Positions 55,658-64,000 of a stretch of DNA of 64,000 nt are shown piece by piece. Location: contig OZ260664.1 in assembly GCA_965285935.1 (NCBI GenBank), positions 53,506,001 through 53,570,000 of the forward strand, read 5' to 3'. Below the pieces are notes generated by a model that was not told the origin of the DNA, did not search any database, and was given only the letters and a program-made list of their open reading frames with translations. Made by a program: the position numbers and the translations under genes. The DNA comes from Ophelia neglecta. Taxonomy: Eukaryota. Within the stretch, counting starts at the first letter, position 1, and each line of letters begins with the position of its first letter.

Positions 55658-58111
55658 TGGTATGTATCCAAAAATAGACCTATTATTGCTGTTAATTACT
55701 TTAAAACCAGATGTAATAATGTTGCCAAGGCTGTTATTTCAAAGATCACGTATTAATTATATATGAAGGTTTGTATCATATCAGTTAGCTTGATCTGGCC
55801 ACATTTTCAATATGTGGATGGGAAAATTAAACATTTAATTATTTGCAGGTACATGTATGTAGAAATAAGTTTGTTACATACCTACAAAGAAGACCAGTTC
55901 ATCTGGAGTAATGAGTCACCGAGTATTAATTTCATACTGAAGATGTAGCTCACTGCACACACAGAATTTAGTCACTATTTTTACATATTTTTGCCATTTA
56001 AGGAGATTTATATTTGCTGTCTGTGACTGAAAAAAGGAGACGCCAGCTATGAGCATAAGTTTTCCAGGATTTTTTTTTTGGTGTGAGGTCAAGGTCAATA
56101 GGTGACACAAATGTCTGTCATTCACCAATATGCAATCATTAGGTATTACCAGTACTCTTTAACAACCGCGCAGAAATGACTGTGATAGCATCATTTATCA
56201 AGTATATAAAATGAGATGCCTTGTGTTATGATCCTACTCCGGTTCCATGAGTGTAGTTTGTTTGTTTCCCCCAGCACACTGATTCCAGTCTGAGCGCAGG
56301 AAGTAGTGTAGCAGAGAGTAGTAACAAAACACAGCCCAAAGGAAGTAGTACATTATTGAGTGCCTGTGACATCATGTTTTAAATTTAAAAGTTCACTAGA
56401 ATCATGATGAAGGTCATAATAGATTGTTTTAGAATCAACATTGGAAGCCTAAAAATGAGTTACTGAAACTGAAGCTTGCAAGGCATTCAAACTCTTACTG
56501 AAGGCTTCAAACAGCCCAAGGAGGCTCTCAAACAAACTGCCATGCCCATGATTTGTATAGCACAACATGTTCATGCCTGCCTAATTCGTATCATCATGCC
56601 CTTACAGCTACCAATCCTATGGCCTTAATTCAGGTCTTTGCTGTGCAATTCCACAGTGACCTTGACCAATTTAGGATTCAGTGAGCTAGTTATATCAAAT
56701 GGCATTGCCTTCCAAAATCATACAAACACTATTCCTGTCATCTAAACACATCCAAACACAGTTTGCATGCACACCAGGGTGTCATTCCAGAATCTTCCAA
56801 ATTCCCTCCCCTGATTGTGTTATGAACATATAGGTAACATCCTACCATGTATTAGGATCTATGTATTACCAGTATAAATGTAAGATCATGGTAAGTAATT
56901 CTAATTATATCGGATTATCCTATTGGAATAATTTTGTATCCTTTATCAAAGCCCTATGAGAGCAAAGTTAAATAAGCAAGCATTACAGTTCACCAAATAT
57001 GCCCCAATTCTTTAAATCAGGTCTGTTGCTACAATGCCTACATTTCTGATTAGATTAGTTTCTTGAACCTTAGTAGGGAAAACCTAGATATAAAACAGGA
57101 TCAAAAGCTCCTTACAGCCATAACCAGTATGATATTGCTAGCACCAATAAAGAAGTAAGTTGCAAACAACATACTAGTTCAAGCATGCCACAAGAAATCC
57201 ACATTTCCTAAACACTTTAGCTGGAAGCCAAATAAAACTAGTGGGGATTTACCATCACAACTTACATGGCAAGCCTTAACCTAATCACATTAACAAATAT
57301 TGCGCAAACAGTTAGTTAACTGTTCAAAATTACCCTGGAGTAGATTATAGAGTATGTACAAATGATCTGGGGGTGGTGGGTTTTACAGCCTGTTTGGACG
57401 GGGTGAGCGTCTGGATGTTTAAAACCAAACCCATAAAATATAGACCCAAATGAAGCAAATAGTGGAGCCACTTCAGATCTAATGAACCGTGATGTAAGCA
57501 GTGACAGGAAATTCTGAAACCAAATCTGCATGAATCTGCTTCTAACTTCATTTAATGATTTTTAATGGCAACAGGCTCTGACTAGACCATTTTCTGCAAT
57601 TCCTCTGAAATAATCTTGAAAACACACACATTCAAGTAAGAGGAGCAAATTATTAGACCCCATACATGTAAATTCATACCCTGTAAAACCTACCAATGTA
57701 AGCAGCACATATGATGTGCCTAAACAAGGAGTAACCTTCCCCAAGATAAAGGAAAGTTGGTATATCATACGGCCTTGGGCTTGGGAAAAAAATAGACATT
57801 TAATAATAGCTTTTGAAATTAGTTCTCTTTCTGGAGGAAAATGAAACACAAATATTAAAAATTCATTTTTTTATTATAATGATTGTAACAAACCCTGCTT
57901 CTTTATCTTTTAAAGTTTATTAGATCTACTACAAAATCTTTTCATAATTACACATACACACAATTAAAAAGTCTGCTTTTGTAGATCTGACTTTAAAAAT
58001 GAAAAAGTTTGTATTACTCCTATATGAAAAGTGTGCCAAATTATAAATAAATTGAAAATAATCTTGTTCATTGTCTAGATTTTATTTTAGAGGTTTGTAT
58101 TAAAGTCATAA

Positions 58112-59422
58112 CTATTGTCTTTTTTTGACAGCTTTTGTTCTTGGCACTGATTTCTTAGGCTGCCCACCGCTGAACCAACTGGTCATCAATTCAGACATGT
58201 CAGGCATACTTTGTTTAGGGTTGTTTAAAAAGTTCATCTGTTGTTGCATTTCCTAAAATGAGAGAAAATGTGAGATTAATTAAAGAGAAGGTACAGCTTC
58301 ATAATGTAGTAAACAAACCATAACCCCAGACACATGTACTAAGGTTGAATACATGTAGGACTTAAATAAAATCAAATAGTTGGTTGGTTTAAATGTGACA
58401 AGGTGAGATGCTAGTGTTGGATGGTCGTTTATCAAAACCTATTTGAAGCAGTCCAGACTCTAACCATTAAGATCTTGGCCAATCAAATATGATGTTTGGT
58501 AAACTAGAATATGCAAATTACTGGGATATACTTTGGATTCTATAGGTTTTGCTTAGTTTTACCAAATATTTTTATATAGTTGAAAATGTCCAGTTTGGGT
58601 TAATTTAGCAAATGGTCATTTGGCTATCATGTTACTAAAATATTCCTTGCACTTTGGTCCACATTGCACTATACCAGACCTTAGCACAAAGCAGTGGGGG
58701 CAATGAGCAATATTAAAAACATTGTCAATGGGCATCAGACCACAGCATTGTTTAAGAATATTCTTAACAGAAGTAAATTAAACTTGTGGTTATTCCACTA
58801 GGTGTAACAAATAAATATTCTACTCATACCTTTTGTGTTTCAGGGTCTTGTGTGTTGACTAGCTTGGGTAAAACCATGATCATTATGAAAGGGAGTACCA
58901 TCATCAGTACCTGAAAATAATAAATACATTTGCCATTACAATCTGACAGATTGTCACTGTTTGGTATACATGCACAATGGTGGGAGGCCTTATTACCGGG
59001 TTGACTCTAAGAGATGAAAACAAAATAAGATTACCACATCTCTCTGATGTCTGGATATTTTGGTAAAAATAACTATACAGCATATCAATATGGATCAAAA
59101 TTACACAGATTTTGACTACACTTTAATATCATGGATAATGGTGAATAATTCTGTTCTTCCTACCATTGGACTATAAAGGAAATCTGTTATTCTCCACTGC
59201 TCTCGAGCCTGGAAATAGGCATGCTTTCCCTTGGCTTTGAACTTTAGAGGATAGGTTACAGTTTCAACCTTAGAGGGCTGGATATTGTTCAGTCGCCTTG
59301 CCCTGATTTTCCCTTTAGCATTTACATCCACTCTTACTGGGTCAAAAGCATAAGTGGGGCTAACGATTTCAATTGTATATGATCCTGATGGGATGCTGTT
59401 TAGTGTAAAGCTGCCATCCCCC
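58112..59422 (-). CDS. EMC7: ER membrane protein complex subunit 7, last three coding exons (5' exons lie beyond the window, past the retrotransposon)
   Basis: Exons 59422-59164 (GDGSFTLNSIPSGSYTIEIVSPTYAFDPVRVDVNAKGKIRAR...WRITDFLYSPM), 58910-58830 (VLMMVLPFIMIMVLPKLVNTQDPETQK, TM helix) and 58252-58112 (EMQQQMNFL...MPDMSELMTSWF...KKRQ*). Canonical AG/GT sites and consistent phases; matches the recognisable EMC7 sequence. Confidence 0.93.
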
Positions 59423-59570
59423 CTGAAAAGTAAAATGATGAATTGATTAAAAGTTAAGATTGAAGTAGACATAACAAAGGAAAACAAATGAAAATATGTT
59501 TTTACTTCTAAGGATAGTACAATTTGTGCAAGTCAAAATACTTTTAAAACATTTTAGATTACTTATATAC

Positions 59571-62500
59571 TGTGTTTAGAGAATACTACAATTTTATACT
59601 ATGTCTTGCCTGTAGTGACAATATGTGTTCCTCTTATACCTTTGCATGTAGTATTTGAGTAGATTGTTAGAATAGACTATCTGTTGTGCTTACATCTATT
59701 TCCTTTGTGTTACAGATTGAGTGTGATCATTGTCTCTAATGGAAATAAAGCACAAAGAGTAGTCTAGTACTTATTTATGATCACACTCTCTACCTGATCT
59801 CTGCAAACCTTCTCAGTCCTCACCTTAGTGACTGACTCTAACTCCTCTACCACTAATTCACCATGCCACAGGTCGGATGTCCATTCCCTGACTGTGAATA
59901 TGAGACTGACGATGTCTCAGAAACAGTGGTCGTCGCACTGCTCAACCTCCATGCCAAAAGTCACGAGCCCCCAGTCCCACCGCGACAGGCTGAGGCAGCA
60001 GTGAAGGCAGAGAAAGTGAAGCGCCCAACTGTGTCCACTGCAGGCACAAATGAGGAATGGACTTATTTCCTCACACGATGGAAGGAGTACAAAGATGCCA
60101 CTAAGGTCACTGGCAAGGACAAACTCATTCAGCTATTGGAATGTTGTGATGAACCTTTACGAAAGGACCTCACACGCTCAGTTGGTGGCAGCCTCACTGA
60201 CAAGAGTGAGGATGACGTTCTTGCTGCAATCAAAAAACTTGCTGTACGAGAAGAGAATGCCATGGTGGCTAGAGTTATCCTGCATGACATGAGGCAGGAC
60301 AAAGATGAAGCAATACGGTCATTTGGTGCCAGGATTCGCGGCCAAGCAGGAGTGTGTAAGTTCACCGTGGACTGCCCCAGATGCCAAGCAAATGTGGACT
60401 ACACAGACTGCATCTTGCGAGATGTGTTATCCCGTGGACTTGCGGATCCTGAAATCCAGCTGGACCTTCTTGGTGACTCTAATCAGGACAGGACACTAGA
60501 GGAGGTTTTCCAGTTCATTTATTCAAAGGAAGCAGGCAAACGTTCAGCCTCACGCCTACATGACTCTCAAGGGGCCCAGGCAGCTGCCAGTTCATATCGA
60601 CATGCCAAAAAACAGACTGCTACAAGACCAGACACTGATGTATGTACATATTGTGGCAAGAAAGGGCATGGCATTAGGGCACCCCCTCGTACCCGTAAAT
60701 CTGAATGTTCAGCATACAATCATACATGTGCACACTGTGGCATAAAGCACCACCTCGAGAGTGTTTGCCGCAGTAGGGACAAGCCACAGAAACCACGCAC
60801 ACCAGCAGCAGCTAACAGAGGTCAGTCTGCGCTTCTGGAATGCGAGGGTGCCGCCTCTGACACATGTGAGGGTGCCACCTTCAATACACTCTGCACAGTG
60901 ACTGCAGCCAGCAACCAACAGGGTGGACAATCACTCATGATCGAGCACCATGTGTACAACCAACTTTGTGACATGTGGATGCGCCAGGGCTCAAGACCTC
61001 AGCCTTTTATTCAGGTCAGATGCACTGTGCGCCCAGAAGACTACACTGCCCTAAGCTGTAAGCTAGACAGGCAAACTGGATCAGCCACCCTCTCCGTTAT
61101 GGCCGATACTGGCTGCCAGAGCTGCCTCGCAGGTTTAGATGCCATCCGGTATCTTGGCCTATCGCGCAAGGATCTCATCCCAGTCACTATGAGAATGCAT
61201 GCCGCCAACAATGCTGGTATTAATATCCTGGGCGCAGTGATTCTTCGATTCTCAGGGAAGGTTGCATCTGGCAAAATGTTGGAGACCCGTCAGTTGGTAT
61301 ACATCACGGATAGCTCGGACAAAGTCTTTCTCAGTCGAGAGGCATGTTCTGACCTAGGAATGATACCACTTGACTTCCCAAAAGTCGGTGGGGCCTTAAG
61401 AGTCAGCTCCATACCTTCAGGCTCCAAGCAAGGTACCCAGAACTCACAGGTTACTGTTAGCCCCAACCAACTCGAGAAGCTCTTGGCCACTGACAATGGT
61501 CTGACAGCCCCATGTGACTGCCCGCGGCGCCAACTCCCACCTCCACCGCCCACTTCACTCCCCTTCGCACCAACAGAAGGAAACAGGGCGAAACTCCAGC
61601 AATGGCTGGTAGACTATTACAGATCCAGCACATTTAACATGTGTGAGCATCAACCCCCACCAATGAGACTCATGGTGGATCCCAGTGCCACACCAGTCAC
61701 TCATCACAAGCCTCTCCCAGTCCCCCTACACTGGCGGGATGAGATCAAGGCAGGACTGGACCAGGATGTCAGACTGGGAGTGATCGAACCTGTACCCATT
61801 GGGGAGCCAGCCACCTGGTGTCACCGCATGGTTGTGTGTGCCAAGAAAAATGGCAAGCCACGCAGAACTGTTGACCTTCAGGCACTCAACCTCCATGCAA
61901 CACGTGAGACACACCATACTCAGTCTCCATTCCACCAGGCTAGGTCGGTACCACATCATACCAAAAAGACCGTGTTTTATGCCTGGAATGGTTATCACAG
62001 TGTGCCAATACATGAGGATGATCGCCACCTCACAACCTTCATCACCCCATGGGGCAGATACAGGTACCGTACTGCACCACAAGGCTACATTGCATCTGGT
62101 GATGGCTACACACGTCGCTATGATGAAATCATTGCCCATATACCACAGAAAACTAAATGTGTCGATGACTCCTTGCTATGGTCAAACACTACAGAAGAGA
62201 GCTTCTGGCAGGCAGTCAACTGGCTTGATCTCTGTGGTCGGAACGGCATCACCTTCAATGTGGAGAAGTTTGTCTTTGCTGCGGACACTGTTGAATTTGC
62301 TGGCTTCGAGATCACCCTTGACAGTGTACGCCCCTGTAGCAGGTACCTTCAGGCTATCCTAGACTTCCCAACACCCAAGAACATCACAGATGTCCGTTCA
62401 TGGTTTGGGTTGGTCAATCAAGTCTCTTATGCCTTCAGCATGGCAGGCAGAATGCTGCCTTTCCGACAGCTTCTTAAACCTGGCACACCATTCCATTGGT

Positions 62501-64000
62501 CTGAAGAACTCGACAGTGCCTTCGAAGAATCAAAGCACGCCATTGTGAGTGAGATTGAGGAAGGTGTTCAAATATATGACAAGCGCAGACCCACCTGCAT
62601 TGCCACAGATTGGGCCAAGACTGGCATCGGCTTCTGGTTGTTCCAGAAGCACTGCGATTGTCCAGGTACCAAACCATTTTGCTGTCGAGATGGCTGGAAA
62701 ATAACACTTGTAGGCAGCCGATTCACACATTCCGCGGAATCCCGCTATGCACCCATTGAGGGAGAAGCCCTTGCTGTTGCCTATGCTCTGGATAATGCTC
62801 GCTTCTTTGTCCTGGGCTGCAATGACCTCATCCTTGCAGTAGACCATAAGCCTTTGCTCAAGGTCTTTGGAAACCGTTCACTTGATGAGATAGCCAACGG
62901 CCGCCTGAGAAACCTCAAGGAAAAAACCCTGCGCTATAAGTTTCGCATTGTGCACATCCCTGGCGCAAAACACAAAGCAGCCGATGCCGTGTCCAGACAC
63001 CCAACAGGCTCAGAGTTACCCGAGAAATTACATCTGGAGGATGACATTGCATCTATCTGGGCTTCATTCGACCTGTTCCCCATGAATGAATTCCGCCACT
63101 CATTCTTGGGAGGGATTCGAGTAACAGACTGCACCAGTTACCCCAGCAATGTAGATGATGAAGTCAGAGGCTCTGCTTTATCTGCCCTGGACTCGCTGCA
63201 GTCTGTAACCTGGGACCAAGTGCGATTAGGAACAGCAAGTGATGAAAATATGAACCTGCTCCTGTCTATTATTGAAGCTGGTATGCCACAATTCCGCCAC
63301 GAGCTCCCTGCACCACTACGTGAATATCACCAGCTCAGGGAGCACCTGTACACGTCGGATGGAGTCATTCTTTATAAGGACCGTGTTGTCATCCCCCCGA
63401 GCCTTCGTGAAGCCATCCTGTCAGCACTCCATTCTGCTCACCAGGGGGTCACAGCGATGACAGCACGGGCAGAGTCCTCTGTCTTCTGGCCAGGCATCAC
63501 CCAAGCTATCAATTCGACCCGACTGAACTGTACCCACTGTAACCGTATGGCTCCCTCTCAGCCTAGTGCTCCACCAACCCCACCTGTCCTCCCGGCCTAC
63601 CCATTTCAGTGCATATGTGCAGACTTTTTCACCTACAGAGGTGTCAACTACCTCGTGATGGTTGACAGATACTCCAACTGGCCTATCGTGGAGAGAACAA
63701 CAGGTGGTGCCAAGGCCCTCGTTGACAGCCTGCGTCGTACCTTTGCCACATATGGCATACCTGATGAACTCGCCTCCGATGGTGGCCCTGAGTTCACTTC
63801 CACCCAGACTAGGCAGTTTCTCAAGGACTGGGGTGTGCACCATAGGCTCTCCTCTGTTGCTTTCCCCCACAGTAACTGTCGTGCTGAGGTGGGCGTTAAG
63901 ACAGTGAAGAGAATGATCACTGATAACACTGGACCCAATGGAGAGCTGGACACGGACGCTGTGCAACTTGCCATCCTCCAATATCGGAACACACCTGATC
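59571..64000 (+). mobile_element. Ty3/Gypsy LTR retrotransposon inserted antisense in an EMC7 intron; 3' part outside the window
   Basis: Composition shifts abruptly to GC-richer coding sequence with domain order gag-PR-RT-RH-IN. An upstream LTR-like segment has AATAAA at 59744-59749. The exact left boundary is uncertain (TG starts at 59571, 59611 or 59722) because the 3' LTR is not visible. Confidence 0.93.
59863..64000 (+). CDS. Single-frame Gag-Pol polyprotein, at least 1379 codons, open to the window end
   Basis: Read codon by codon with no stop; it is probably absent from the ORF track because it does not terminate. Motifs: Gag CCHC knuckles (CTYCGKKGH-x12-[15 protein letters not shown]), protease MADTGCQSC (~61099-61125), RT APQGY and CVDD (62158-62169), RNase [10 protein letters not shown] / VDHKPL / ADAVSR, integrase HSAH..CTHC and ICADFF / SDGGPEF / SNCRAE. 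Confidence 0.95.
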   Translation, partial: MPQVGCPFPDCEYETDDVSETVVVALLNLHAKSHEPPVPPRQAEAAVKAEKVKRPTVSTAGTNEEWTYFLTRWKEYKDATKVTGKDKLIQLLECCDEPLRKDLTRSVGGSLTDKSEDDVLAAIKKLAVREENAMVARVILHDMRQDKDEAIRSFGARIRGQAGVCKFTVDCPRCQANVDYTDCILRDVLSRGLADPEIQLDLLGDSNQDRTLEEVFQFIYSKEAGKRSASRLHDSQGAQAAASSYRHAKKQTATRPDTDVCTYCGKKGHGIRAPPRTRKSECSAYNHTCAHCGIKHHLESVCRSRDKPQKPRTPAAANRGQSALLECEGAASDTCEGATFNTLCTVTAASNQQGGQSLMIEHHVYNQLCDMWMRQGSRPQPFIQVRCTVRPEDYTALSCKLDRQTGSATLSVMADTGCQSCLAGLDAIRYLGLSRKDLIPVTMRMHAANNAGINILGAVILRFSGKVASGKMLETRQLVYITDSSDKVFLSREACSDLGMIPLDFPKVGGALRVSSIPSGSKQGTQNSQVTVSPNQLEKLLATDNGLTAPCDCPRRQLPPPPPTSLPFAPTEGNRAKLQQWLVDYYRSSTFNMCEHQPPPMRLMVDPSATPVTHHKPLPVPLHWRDEIKAGLDQDVRLGVIEPVPIGEPATWCHRMVVCAKKNGKPRRTVDLQALNLHATRETHHTQSPFHQARSVPHHTKKTVFYAWNGYHSVPIHEDDRHLTTFITPWGRYRYRTAPQGYIASGDGYTRRYDEIIAHIPQKTKCVDDSLLWSNTTEESFWQAVNWLDLCGRNGITFNVEKFVFAADTVEFAGFEITLDSVRPCSRYLQAILDFPTPKNITDVRSWFGLVNQVSYAFSMAGRMLPFRQLLKPGTPFHWSEELDSAFEESKHAIVSEIEEGVQIYDKRRPTCIATDWAKTGIGFWLFQKHCDCPGTKPFCCRDGWKITLVGSRFTHSAESRYAPIEGEALAVAYALDNARFFVLGCNDLILAVDHKPLLKVFGNRSLDEIANGRLRNLKEKTLRYKFRIVHIPGAKHKAADAVSRHPTGSELPEKLHLEDDIASIWASFDLFPMNEFRHSFLGGIRVTDCTSYPSNVDDEVRGSALSALDSLQSVTWDQVRLGTASDENMNLLLSIIEAGMPQFRHELPAPLREYHQLREHLYTSDGVILYKDRVVIPPSLREAILSALHSAHQGVTAMTARAESSVFWPGITQAINSTRLNCTHCNRMAPSQPSAPPTPPVLPAYPFQCICADFFTYRGVNYLVMVDRYSNWPIVERTTGGAKALVDSLRRTFATYGIPDELASDGGPEFTSTQTRQFLKDWGVHHRLSSVAFPHSNCRAEVGVKTVKRMITDNTGPNGELDTDAVQLAILQYRNTPD

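Noticed and set aside
61639-61680. Possible short in-frame deletion before the RT domain ([10 protein letters not shown])
   Set aside because: Based only on recollection of related elements; needs an alignment, so it is not claimed.
60050-63992. Alternative-frame and antisense ORFs (up to 187 aa) in the retrotransposon
   Set aside because: These are shadows of the GC-richer gag-pol frame and have no independent motifs.
1-64000. tRNA, rRNA, spliceosomal snRNA genes and hammerhead ribozymes
   Set aside because: No convincing cloverleaf, rRNA/snRNA signature or CUGANGA...GAAA three-stem core was noticed by eye; this is not an exhaustive exclusion.

Overview
This is AT-rich metazoan genomic DNA, probably from a marine invertebrate; it is not prokaryotic, so most entries in the ORF track are spurious. 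About 1-37 kb is gene-poor and repeat-rich: minisatellites, a 2.1-kb TA-flanked TIR element, a 280-bp inverted repeat pair, a 217-bp direct repeat pair and decayed LINE/SINE fragments, plus weak hints of a leftward spliced, mostly non-coding transcript. A complete 21-exon CSTF3 (CstF-77/su(f)) gene lies at 37437-53491 (+, 718 aa by manual splicing). It converges on the last three coding exons of EMC7 (-). An EMC7 intron holds an antisense Ty3/Gypsy LTR retrotransposon with one open gag-pol frame that runs off the window. The most interesting region is the 7.1-kb CSTF3 intron 3. It has a weak donor and candidate intronic poly(A) sites, matching the known CstF-77 autoregulatory design. It also holds several hand-predicted multi-helix RNA domains and two candidate stop-introducing cassette exons whose splice sites lie inside stems; in one, the acceptor A sits at an A-C mismatch. 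The Gypsy element shows no tRNA primer-binding site but has a 12-bp inverted repeat instead, and its first RT catalytic Asp reads Tyr. All structures and splice calls were made by eye; no folding or database search was run.
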